64,000 nt of DNA, taken from sequence record LC727699.1; one strand, given 5' to 3'. The notes under the pieces are model-generated. The model had not been told where the DNA came from and searched no databases. It saw nothing but the letters and a program-made list of their open reading frames with translations. Numbering within the stretch: the stretch's first letter is position 1; every line of letters begins with the position of its first letter. This document shows, piece by piece, positions 1 through 8,518 of the stretch. The translations under genes and the position numbers were made by a program.

Positions 1-270
1 ATAGGCTTTAACTGCTTTAAGACCTTTATTAAAGAACATAGCTTCAACATAAGTAATGTTACTTACATCCTCGCCGATAAGTTCCCATTTGATGCAACGT
101 GTAACAGCGTTGATTGTAATATCTAATCCGTTTGGGAATAGGGTTACTTCATCGGTCAGGTGAATCCAATCGGGAACCTTCGCTCCATTACGTAAACGGG
201 GACTAAAAGTAAGATTATAAAGTGTTTGTAATGGTTGTCTCAATAGTTCTTTTTGTTCTTGATGTTCCAT
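1..270 (-). CDS. Hypothetical protein, truncated at the window edge (MEHQEQKELLRQ...)
   Basis: ATG at 270 with AGGA upstream; frame stays open for 90 codons to position 1. Confidence 0.7.
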   Translation of the reverse strand, partial: MEHQEQKELLRQPLQTLYNLTFSPRLRNGAKVPDWIHLTDEVTLFPNGLDITINAVTRCIKWELIGEDVSNITYVEAMFFNKGLKAVKAY

Positions 271-278
271 GTATTTTC

Positions 279-500
279 CTAGAGACATTTAAAAATATAA
301 ATAGAATGGTTATCTCTTTCGGTTATCTTTAGAGTATTCTCATTTCGAATAACTTCAAGAGACTTGTATTTATGTTCCAGAATATCCAGATGAGAAATAC
401 ACTGTTCCCTATTTTCAAATAGGATATTACTTTCATTAGTCGAAATGAAACCAAATAATCCAACTTTGATAGATAATACCAACATTATTACTGTATTCAT
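279..500 (-). CDS. Small hypothetical protein with hydrophobic N-terminus (73 aa)
   Basis: ORF track 279..536; ATG at 500 has a GAGG SD, whereas the longer TTG start lies inside a terminator hairpin. Confidence 0.6.
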   Translation of the reverse strand: MNTVIMLVLSIKVGLFGFISTNESNILFENREQCISHLDILEHKYKSLEVIRNENTLKITERDNHSIYIFKCL

Positions 501-526
501 GTTTTCCTCAATGAGACAGTATAAAA

Positions 527-544
527 CCTCCCCCAAGTGGGAGG
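527..544 (-). terminator. Terminator hairpin downstream of tRNA-Ile2
   Basis: CCTCCC/GGGAGG stem followed by TTTTATA on the minus strand. Confidence 0.55.
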
Positions 545-552
545 CTAGTATA

Positions 553-629
553 TGGTGGGCCCAGCAGGACTTGAACCTGCGACCAAGCGATTATGAGTCG
601 CCTGCTCTAACCAACTGAGCTATAGGCCC
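553..629 (-). tRNA. tRNA-Ile2 (CAU anticodon, lysidine type, reads AUA)
   Basis: 77-nt cloverleaf GGGCCTA...TGGGCCC-ACCA; anticodon arm GGCGA-CTCATAA-TCGCT matches the bacterial tRNA-Ile2 (ileX) arm, not tRNA-Met. Confidence 0.85.
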
Positions 630-636
630 TTTTTAT

Positions 637-930
637 TTATTCTGGTAAGAATGTTCCATCTTTTTCACGGACTAATACACCTGACCATTTGAATGTATTT
701 GTATCACTAACAGGGCACTCTCTAATTACATTGGTTCTAAATGTGCCATGTGGATAGGTTACAGTGAATGTAATATGATTATTACAAACATGCAATACAG
801 AAGACTTTGCTTCTGTTAGATAGTGTAAGCCTTGAGCTAATTGAATATTAGTTAATTCAGGGTCACTAATAATAGCGTAAAGAGCTGTTCCTATAATTTG
901 ATGTTCCCATGATATCCATTTATTATCCAT
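637..930 (-). CDS. Hypothetical protein (97 aa) between tRNAs
   Basis: ORF track; AGGA-type SD; fills the gap between tRNA genes. Confidence 0.7.
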   Translation of the reverse strand: MDNKWISWEHQIIGTALYAIISDPELTNIQLAQGLHYLTEAKSSVLHVCNNHITFTVTYPHGTFRTNVIRECPVSDTNTFKWSGVLVREKDGTFLPE

Positions 931-951
931 CCTATTTACCTATTATTAAAA

Positions 952-1027
952 TGGTCGGAGTGGGGAGACTCGAACTCCCGACATCCTGCTCCCAAAGCAG
1001 GTGCGCTACCAACTGCGCTACACTCCG
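952..1027 (-). tRNA. tRNA-Pro(UGG)
   Basis: 76-nt cloverleaf CGGAGTG...CACTCCG-ACCA; anticodon arm CCTGC-TTTGGGA-GCAGG; TTCGA T-loop. Confidence 0.95.
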
Positions 1028-1036
1028 TATTTAAAT

Positions 1037-1121
1037 TGGTGCCCGAAGTCGGATTCGAACCGACAAGACCGTAGCCGGAAGATTTTAAGTCTTCTGTGTT
1101 TACCAATTTCACCATTCGGGC
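1037..1121 (-). tRNA. tRNA-Leu(UAA)
   Basis: 85-nt class II cloverleaf GCCCGAA...TTCGGGC-ACCA; anticodon arm GAAGA-CTTAAAA-TCTTC; long variable arm. Confidence 0.95.
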
Positions 1122-1179
1122 ATTGTGCTTCAATACATAACATGTAATACTAGGTATTTTATTACAACTTATTTTAAAT

Positions 1180-1632
1180 TCAACGTGGCCATTGTAAAGA
1201 AGTTATCTTATTACCATTAATGTAGACATCGGTCACTTCGCACCAATCATTAATTCTGTGCTCAATAATTGGCACATCATTTCGGCCAGCCACTCCAATC
1301 ATATTCCATTTAACATAAATATTCATTAGATCAATTGTTAATTTCTCTTTTATGAGTTTAGGAGAAATTAATTTAATATTATTAATGTTAAAGAAGTAAT
1401 TATTAACTTCTTCTAAATATTCATTAGTATTAGTAGTACTAACTTTACCTTCATGTTCAAGTGAAGATGGTTTATTTTGATTTACAATATTATTCACTAG
1501 ACTTCTTAAAACGGCGCTTGCCCTACCAGCTTCACGTCTTTTATATTTATCATAGTCTTTTACATTAGCTGCAATTTTATCAAATTCTTTTTGGGCATAG
1601 ATTAACCCTGGTAAAAGTTCATTCTTAATCAT
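1180..1632 (-). CDS. Hypothetical protein (150 aa)
   Basis: ORF track; AGAG upstream; co-oriented with the tRNAs. Confidence 0.7.
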   Translation of the reverse strand: MIKNELLPGLIYAQKEFDKIAANVKDYDKYKRREAGRASAVLRSLVNNIVNQNKPSSLEHEGKVSTTNTNEYLEEVNNYFFNINNIKLISPKLIKEKLTIDLMNIYVKWNMIGVAGRNDVPIIEHRINDWCEVTDVYINGNKITSLQWPR

Positions 1633-1695
1633 TTTATAATTACTCTATGTTATTTGTACATATTTTAACATACTCACGTAAAAACAAAATATAAA

Positions 1696-1713
1696 GCCTC
1701 CCCGAAGGGAGGC
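1696..1713 (-). terminator. Intrinsic terminator with UUCG loop
   Basis: Minus strand GCCTCCC-TTCG-GGGAGGC-TTTATATTTT. Confidence 0.85.
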
Positions 1714-1720
1714 GATATAT

Positions 1721-1832
1721 CGTCATTAATGCCCAGCAAAGAGTTTTACTCTCTGGGAGCCAGTTGGAAGGGGGACTGGCTCCGATTTATTATGACTAAT
1801 GTAGAAACGAGGGGGAGGGATCATTTCTACAT
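1721..1832 (-). ncRNA. Candidate structured 3'-UTR RNA with C-rich loops
   Basis: Three hairpins (1732-1757, 1756-1783, 1799-1832) plus outer GTCAT/ATGAC pairing, between a stop codon and a terminator. Confidence 0.45.
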
Positions 1833-1852
1833 ATCATTACATACTCAGTAAG

Positions 1853-3736
1853 TTATTCTTCAATACCAATGACCGTATTGCGTTCATTGGTGTTCTCTAC
1901 GGTTGAACCACTTGGGAAGCTACTGACAGATGCTTGCATTAGTTTCAACATGTCGATAGCAAATACTCGATATGTAGATTCAACCTTAGCGTCGTCGTAC
2001 GATGCATGAATGTTAAGAATGGCATTATCGGCCCTTTTAGCCAGCAGATATACATCCTCAAGAGCATCTTTATCTTTAATAGTGGATAGCTTATGTTTGT
2101 AGATATCCCCATTGACAGATAGGTCAGGATACTGGGCTACCCAAGTGTCCGCAATAGTCTTAGTGTTGTTAGACAGAACGTCAATGATAACGTTAGCTGC
2201 TTCCACAATACCGGTAGCATCAAGCAACTTAATCTTAGCACCAGCATTATCTGGCCATTTGGGTTCTTGGAAGTTTGTCTTTACATTGGGTTTCCATTCA
2301 GCCAGAAGAGTAGCGACTTTCTTAGGGTCTTGCCAATCATTCCCTTTGAACAGATTAACCACGGGGGCTAGTATCTTACTGTTCTCATCCAGAACTTTCT
2401 GGTTGTGACGATCAGCTTTAGCTACAGCATTAGTGATATTGGCTTTTGCGGTCTTAGGATCATTAGACGCGAACGTCTCGTAACTCGATACTTTTACTTC
2501 GCCGGTTTTAAGCTTTGCTTCTGCCACCCATTTGGCATCACCATAGGTACTTTTCAGTGTAGCAATAGCTTTCTTCTTTTTATCAAGATTGATCTCAGGG
2601 CCAGAGTCGAAGATACTCTTAATGGTGTCGATAAGACCTTCATTTGAGACTTGTATAAAACCGGGAGTATTAATGATGGACTTCTCTACATACCCGCCAC
2701 GAATAACTCGATTTATAAAACCATTAAGACCACTACCAGTTTCGGCCATATCTTTCATGATTTCTATATTTGTTTCACCAGCACTCTGGGCATTGTATAA
2801 ATAATAAGAACCATCTTTAAATTTTAGTATAATCCAGTCATCTCCAGTTAGATATGAATCAATATTACTATCATTCATACTTTGGTATTTAATGAATTCT
2901 GGATTAGTACTTAGTACTTCTTCAATAAACTCTTCTAATGCCGCAGAATTATTAATAGCATCAACAGGTGGAATTTCACCATCAATGGGTTCAGTAGTTG
3001 GACCAGTAACAATGGCAGGTAACGGATCCTCCTCTACAATAACAGTTTCTTCCACTGGTAGAGCACCACATGAAGCATCAATTAGTTTATTAAAACTACT
3101 AATGATCTCACCAAGTGCTACAAGAACTGCTGGCTGTTCAACTTGTTCAACTTTAGCAATACCAGTTTCTGTAAATTCTTCAGTGATTCGGTTATAAACT
3201 TCTACTAGTTGGTTAGTAAGTTCTGCTACTTTTGGCAGAGTCTGCTTAGACAGAGGTTCAACTACAGTTGTATCTGCTTCAACAAAAATAGAATCATCTT
3301 CTTCTAAACGGCTAGTATTAGCTGAGCCAGCTGTGAAGTTATAAGGCATATCTTGAATTACTTCATTAATTTCAGATGCCTCCATATCTTCATTTAGACG
3401 ACCACTATAAGTACGCATCATACCTTCTGCTTCTTTAATAGTGGAATGCGCTAAGCGTCCCCAATCACCACGCATAATACCGCGCTCGGTAAGACCGCGT
3501 GCAGCTGAACCAAGATCAATAGGTTCTTCAATAAATGATTGTTCTTCAACCCACTCTTCATTACTGTAACATTCTTTTAGAATGGTTTTAAATTTAGTAC
3601 TAAAGGGTTGTAGAATCTTTTTATCTACTTGTTCAACATTTGTTTTAAAGTGTTCTAGACTTGGTGTAGCTTTTGAAGATACTTTTTCAGTACCGCTATA
3701 TAGCGTACGGTTTAGGAAGTTTAGCATTTTATTCAT
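1853..3736 (-). CDS. Probable internal head protein (phiKZ gp303-like, 627 aa) with a KTSC-like insert
   Basis: S/A-x-E prohead-protease-type motifs (SNEE, SNEGL); two LKxxYxxxxWVxE segments; acidic linker; synteny upstream of RNR. Confidence 0.6.
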   Translation of the reverse strand: MNKMLNFLNRTLYSGTEKVSSKATPSLEHFKTNVEQVDKKILQPFSTKFKTILKECYSNEEWVEEQSFIEEPIDLGSAARGLTERGIMRGDWGRLAHSTIKEAEGMMRTYSGRLNEDMEASEINEVIQDMPYNFTAGSANTSRLEEDDSIFVEADTTVVEPLSKQTLPKVAELTNQLVEVYNRITEEFTETGIAKVEQVEQPAVLVALGEIISSFNKLIDASCGALPVEETVIVEEDPLPAIVTGPTTEPIDGEIPPVDAINNSAALEEFIEEVLSTNPEFIKYQSMNDSNIDSYLTGDDWIILKFKDGSYYLYNAQSAGETNIEIMKDMAETGSGLNGFINRVIRGGYVEKSIINTPGFIQVSNEGLIDTIKSIFDSGPEINLDKKKKAIATLKSTYGDAKWVAEAKLKTGEVKVSSYETFASNDPKTAKANITNAVAKADRHNQKVLDENSKILAPVVNLFKGNDWQDPKKVATLLAEWKPNVKTNFQEPKWPDNAGAKIKLLDATGIVEAANVIIDVLSNNTKTIADTWVAQYPDLSVNGDIYKHKLSTIKDKDALEDVYLLAKRADNAILNIHASYDDAKVESTYRVFAIDMLKLMQASVSSFPSGSTVENTNERNTVIGIEE

Positions 3737-3791
3737 GTCTACTCTCTCGTTGATGACTGTTAATAAGAGTGCTATAGAATTGTTAGCATAA

Positions 3792-3813
3792 ACCCTCCCA
3801 ATTAAGGGAGGGT
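3792..3813. repeat. 22-bp hairpin ACCCTCCC-AATTAA-GGGAGGGT, copy 1
   Basis: Identical to 5466-5487. Confidence 0.9.
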
Positions 3814-3821
3814 CATTATGT

Positions 3822-4235
3822 CTACATTATATCTCGTGTACCATCATTCATTTCAACAACAGTGACTTTATCACCAACCTTTGGTTTTTCATTGGTAACT
3901 GTTTGAACCATGTACTGCTTGCCATCTGTATTAACAATCAGTTTACATTGAAATGTTTCAGTAGCACTAACATTATTACCGACTGCGCCGCCTGCGGCAC
4001 CACCGATTAAACCACCTACCCAACCTCCAGATTTACCAAAGATTGCTCGACCTAATACAGCGCCTGCGGTGGCTCCAACCGCACCTCCAACAGTAGTGCC
4101 GACAACACTACTATCTTTAGCAACTAGCTGACATTCTGAATGTGCAATAATACCATCTGTAGTTGATTTTACTTCAGTTGCTGCAAATAGGACAGTGGAC
4201 CACATTAAAACTACGAATGCGATAATCTTAATCAT
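3822..4235 (-). CDS. Glycine-zipper envelope protein (YcfJ/SlyB-like) with signal peptide
   Basis: N-terminal signal ending VLFA; GxxxG repeats VGGAVGATAGAVLG...GGLIGGAAGGAVG. Confidence 0.75.
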   Translation of the reverse strand: MIKIIAFVVLMWSTVLFAATEVKSTTDGIIAHSECQLVAKDSSVVGTTVGGAVGATAGAVLGRAIFGKSGGWVGGLIGGAAGGAVGNNVSATETFQCKLIVNTDGKQYMVQTVTNEKPKVGDKVTVVEMNDGTRDIM

Positions 4236-5395
4236 AAGAAGTCAACCTCAAATTCTTCTTCTTCACCAACATCATTTACAACGTTGACCATGTAATCAGG
4301 CTTCTCTTCTTCCTGAGGAGATGCTTGGGTTGATGAAATATCTAGGTAGTCTTCCATATAAAGAAGTGGGTTCTTCTCTGGCCAAACAAAATCAAATCCA
4401 GCTGATTCTTTAAACTCCACTTGATACTGTTCTACAACATCATTTTCAATACTTAGGAATGTTGCTGCGGCATTAGCATTGAAAAGTACCCAGTTAATAA
4501 GTTTAGTCGCATTAACACCAGTTAGTTCACGACCTTCAGAGAATAGATAATTAATCCAGGTAACTTCAGTCTTTACAATTTCCCATAGTAGTTCAATGAT
4601 TTTATCTTTACATTGACTGTAAGCGAGTTTACCGCGTTCAGTTGCCAGTAGTGCACGAATAACTTCTTGTCCATATTGTGCATGGATTTCGAATTCGTCT
4701 TGGGCAATTTTCTTAACAGCGGCTGCAATTTGCTGGAATGCACCAGTACGACCAATAGCAAAGGTTACTGCAAAGGATGCCATGAACTGGATACGTTCTA
4801 GGAAATATAGAGCGATGAAGAACATGAATACTTTATTGTAAAGTTCTTGATCATTGGGTACCTGATTAAGAGCATACGCATGAACTGCGTCATGTGCTTC
4901 ACCCATAGTGCGGGCTACTGCAACCATTCGTTCTTGTGCTTCTTCTACCCTAAGAATTTCGTCTAGAATAACTTTAGGATCTTTAAAGCTATTACGTACA
5001 ATTTCAGAATAAGTTAAAGCATGTACGTCTTCATTATCATTAATACGTACATATCCCGCCCATACTCGTGAATCTGTCATGACAGGTGATAGAATATTAA
5101 CAATGGAACGACTGGCTACAGAGTCAGCTTCCCATTGCCAGGCCAGTGTCTTAATCATCATGTCATAAGTTGATTTATCACACGTTTCAAATTCTACTAG
5201 ACAAGTGGAAAAGTCAAATTCTAGCTCATCCCAATCAAGCATCTTTAGACGCTTATATAGCTCCCACATTTTAGGATAATGAGTGTGGATTGAATCTAGT
5301 AGACCTGGATCATCTCCAAGAATAATTTCCGGTAGATGATAATCACTCTTAGCAACATTGAAGATTTTCTTTGGTAGTTGAGATTTAGTAGACAT
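4232..5395 (-). CDS. nrdB: Ribonucleotide reductase class Ia beta subunit
   Basis: WEADS, EDVHALTY (ExxH plus radical Tyr), LERIQFMASF, DEFEIH; C-terminal Tyr tail. Confidence 0.95.
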   Translation of the reverse strand: MSTKSQLPKKIFNVAKSDYHLPEIILGDDPGLLDSIHTHYPKMWELYKRLKMLDWDELEFDFSTCLVEFETCDKSTYDMMIKTLAWQWEADSVASRSIVNILSPVMTDSRVWAGYVRINDNEDVHALTYSEIVRNSFKDPKVILDEILRVEEAQERMVAVARTMGEAHDAVHAYALNQVPNDQELYNKVFMFFIALYFLERIQFMASFAVTFAIGRTGAFQQIAAAVKKIAQDEFEIHAQYGQEVIRALLATERGKLAYSQCKDKIIELLWEIVKTEVTWINYLFSEGRELTGVNATKLINWVLFNANAAATFLSIENDVVEQYQVEFKESAGFDFVWPEKNPLLYMEDYLDISSTQASPQEEEKPDYMVNVVNDVGEEEEFEVDFL

Positions 5396-5465
5396 ATCAG
5401 TTCCTTTACAATTTAAAAATATTTCTTACAATAAATAATAGAGGTTAGTATAAATTGGGAATAAC

Positions 5466-5487
5466 ACCCTCCCAATTAAGGGAGGGT
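5466..5487. repeat. 22-bp hairpin ACCCTCCC-AATTAA-GGGAGGGT, copy 2
   Basis: Identical to 3792-3813; lies between nrdA and nrdB. Confidence 0.9.
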
Positions 5488-5495
5488 GTATACAC

Positions 5496-7784
5496 TTAAA
5501 GAGTGCACGAACCGCCTGCACACCCAACTTCAGTATTAGTTACCTCAACAGCACGTTCAAGTGATTTAATATCAAGTCCTGCTGCTGTTTCTAGATTTAC
5601 ATAATACCGGGTTTTCATTCCACGTTTCACCATGTAGAAGTGATTACCTAGCATTTCATTAGAAGAGATCTTTTCAGAACCTACAATGCGTCGGTAGAGG
5701 TCCGCACTGATTGTTTGATCAGTCCACTTTTGAATAATGGCATAGCAATCAATAAGATCTTTAGTGGGGATATCATAAGCTGATTCATACACATAGGAGT
5801 CATCATCTCCATATGGAGCAGCCCATAGCACACGTGCACCATTATCAGTCTTATTAAGAATTAGGCGACGTACCGGGTATGGACCATTAGTTGACCCTAG
5901 TGCCTTAGATGATGCTTCACCAGGCATGTATGCAGCTAGTACGGAGTGTGCAATACCACCATTCTCCTTAATTTCTTTCTCTAGCTCATCCCATGGATAA
6001 AGTTCTTCAAAGCCACCTTCAATGATAGTATCCACTGACTTATTATAAGTCTTACGTGGAGTCCATCCCTCTGGCCATTTAGTCTTATGAATCCAAGGCG
6101 CATTCCCGCGTTCTTTAGAAATCTTAAGTGACGCCTTGATAAGGAAGTACATATGCCGTTCAGCAATGAAGTGGATTTCAGCTTTACCAGCATCGCTGCT
6201 ATATTTAAGGCCAGCACGTGCCATATGTGTGGCTAGACCCATGATACCAACACCAGCACTCATTCGATTCTTAGCGGTTAGTGCAAGGTGTGGGAAAGCA
6301 TACTCTGCATTAAGGATACAATAGTCAATCATCTTAAGTGCGTAGTAAGCCGCCATTTCATAAGTTTGCTTATCAGGAACGTTATCCACTGCAATAGCAG
6401 CCAGTGAACAAGTAGCAATCTCACCGCGCCCGTGATCCTCACTAGAATAAAGATCTTCCATTCGATAGTAAGGCTTAGTGGGTTCTGCGATTTCAAGGCA
6501 TAGGTTAGAACTGTAAATAGGTTCTTTAAATGGTGTATGATGATTGAGTTCATCAATTTGAGCTGAATAGATGGTTCCAGTCTCATATGCTTCAACTAGC
6601 ATTGATTTGAGAAGATCCCGAGCATTTACATAAGTTTTCTCAAATTTAGGATCCGCTTCATATTTTTCATAAAGCTTAATAAACTTATCAATATCACCAC
6701 TATAGAAAGCATCATGTAGATCTGGAGCAGTAAATGGATTGAATACAAAGATCATGCCATCTTTCTGAGCCGCTTTCTTAGCAAAGAACTTATTACTTAG
6801 GAATGCATAGTGAAGATCACGGTTCTTCCTATCCTCAGTAGAACGTGGATTACGTAGCTGAGTAATCATATCTGCTTCAGGATCGAAAGCACTGTAGTAA
6901 CACGTAACAGCACCACCTCGACCATTTTGTAGGTTAGCCCTTACTGCTTTACCAATTACATCGATGTATGGTTTCTTACCTTGGTGAATGATTAGGCCAT
7001 TACGGATAGGATCACCAATTGACCTAGTCATTAAGTTAACACCAATGCCTGCTGATGATTGGGTCATGATGTTAGCAATATAATCGCCCATTGCCAGTGA
7101 TACACCATTATCACCAGAAGCAAATAGGCAACATGATGCAAAACCACGAAGCTTAGTACCTAGGTTAACGTAGTTAGGTGTTGGCGCACTAAGAATTTTA
7201 TTAGAAAGTAGTTTATAGTAATTCTCCACATGAGTCATGCGAGTTTCAGCTGGCTCTTTTTCAGCTAGAGCCATTGCCATTCGCATATATACAAACTGGG
7301 CAGTCTCATATTCTTGACCAGTTTTACGATTACGTAGAGCATACTTTCCACGAATGTGATGAAGTGAAAAATGCGGACAAAGTAGGTCAAGATCGTGATC
7401 AATGATCTTTTCAATCTGAGCGTATTCTTTACTACTATAATCTAATTTAACAATGATACCATCTTTACGCATCCTGGTTTGAAGCGCTTTAACAGTTGGG
7501 ATGCCATTTAGACCATAGAACTTCTTACGAAGATAAATCGCATATAGTCTACCAGCCATTAGATAATAAGACCATGTCTTACGATTTAAACATTCTTCAA
7601 TAAGTTGTAATTGTAGTTCTTGTGATGAAGTTTTATCACCAAGAGCTTGAACAGCATCCATCACAACACTACTCCAATCCACCTTATCGCCAAGATGTTG
7701 GGCTGCCCATTCACCCCAACCATTAATCTTAGCAGGTGAGTATGCTTCTTCAGTACCGTCTAGTTTAATGATAGTTTTTAACAT
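5496..7784 (-). CDS. nrdA: Ribonucleotide reductase class Ia alpha subunit
   Basis: SAPTP, ASCCL, SNLCLEI (N-C-E catalytic triad), TCSL, KTRYY, C-terminal CxxxxC; likely start MLKTIIK at 7784 rather than 7835. Confidence 0.95.
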   Translation of the reverse strand: MLKTIIKLDGTEEAYSPAKINGWGEWAAQHLGDKVDWSSVVMDAVQALGDKTSSQELQLQLIEECLNRKTWSYYLMAGRLYAIYLRKKFYGLNGIPTVKALQTRMRKDGIIVKLDYSSKEYAQIEKIIDHDLDLLCPHFSLHHIRGKYALRNRKTGQEYETAQFVYMRMAMALAEKEPAETRMTHVENYYKLLSNKILSAPTPNYVNLGTKLRGFASCCLFASGDNGVSLAMGDYIANIMTQSSAGIGVNLMTRSIGDPIRNGLIIHQGKKPYIDVIGKAVRANLQNGRGGAVTCYYSAFDPEADMITQLRNPRSTEDRKNRDLHYAFLSNKFFAKKAAQKDGMIFVFNPFTAPDLHDAFYSGDIDKFIKLYEKYEADPKFEKTYVNARDLLKSMLVEAYETGTIYSAQIDELNHHTPFKEPIYSSNLCLEIAEPTKPYYRMEDLYSSEDHGRGEIATCSLAAIAVDNVPDKQTYEMAAYYALKMIDYCILNAEYAFPHLALTAKNRMSAGVGIMGLATHMARAGLKYSSDAGKAEIHFIAERHMYFLIKASLKISKERGNAPWIHKTKWPEGWTPRKTYNKSVDTIIEGGFEELYPWDELEKEIKENGGIAHSVLAAYMPGEASSKALGSTNGPYPVRRLILNKTDNGARVLWAAPYGDDDSYVYESAYDIPTKDLIDCYAIIQKWTDQTISADLYRRIVGSEKISSNEMLGNHFYMVKRGMKTRYYVNLETAAGLDIKSLERAVEVTNTEVGCAGGSCTL

Positions 7785-8128
7785 TGTTAATTTCCAATTG
7801 TGAGTCGTAAGTTCATGTGAAAAAGTATTCAACATATCTTTAGATCAACTAAGTATTTTTACGACCCATTTTAAATGAATTTAGTTGATCTATTGTAAAA
7901 GCATATTATGGTACATTGGATATCTTTATCTTAAAAACCTCTGTAGCCTTAGTGCCTTAAGGGTTACAGCTATATAGTCCAATATCGTTCTACCATGCTA
8001 TTTAAGAGCTTTAAATAATAACCCACTATGTACCCTTAGGTTTTATTTTATCAACAATATAGCTTAAAATAGAAATATACCTAAGTGCTTTTTACTATAC
8101 TACTATTATTTATCGGAGTTAATTAAGA

Positions 8129-8518
8129 ATGTCTTTTTATCTACCGAAATACACCGATCCAATTGAAGCAATCGAATGGAAAAAGAACGGTGATATACCT
8201 GGTGATGGCGTTATCAATAATATCAACCAAGGTGCTATTGTTGGTTATGCTATACCTACTAAAGAGTCTACTCTTAGTAATGCGATTTGCCCATTATGTA
8301 ATCTAACTGAATCTAGTCATGGTATTTTACGTGTAGGCCCAGATAAAGATAAAATTGTCTGTCCGGGTGATTTTATTATTTTAATTCGTAAAAATAATGG
8401 GCGTATACTAGATTACAAATTAATGCGTCAACGTGAATTTAATAAACTTTATCAACTGGTAACAAAAGAGGAAGCTAAACAATGGGTAATGATGTTGGAT
8501 CCAGAAAAGAAGGACTAA
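8129..8518 (+). CDS. Hypothetical protein with CxxC and VCPGDFI motif (phiKZ gp1 position)
   Basis: GGAG SD; ORF track. Confidence 0.75.
   Translation: MSFYLPKYTDPIEAIEWKKNGDIPGDGVINNINQGAIVGYAIPTKESTLSNAICPLCNLTESSHGILRVGPDKDKIVCPGDFIILIRKNNGRILDYKLMRQREFNKLYQLVTKEEAKQWVMMLDPEKKD

Noticed and set aside
553-629. Calling the CAU tRNA Met or fMet
   Set aside because: It has a G1-C72 pair, no three G-C pairs in the anticodon stem, and an arm matching tRNA-Ile2
936-1133. 65-aa ORF on the minus strand
   Set aside because: It reads through tRNA-Leu and tRNA-Pro; an artefact of the tRNA sequence
2112-6595. Plus-strand ORFs inside the head-protein and RNR genes (e.g. 2112, 2405, 2589, 2892, 3582, 6136) and same-strand alternative-frame ORFs (4573, 5981, 6329)
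   Set aside because: Shadows of long genes with clear motifs; no SD and no protein-like features
7836-8128. NrdR boxes upstream of nrdA
   Set aside because: No convincing tandem match to acaCwAtATaTwGtgt
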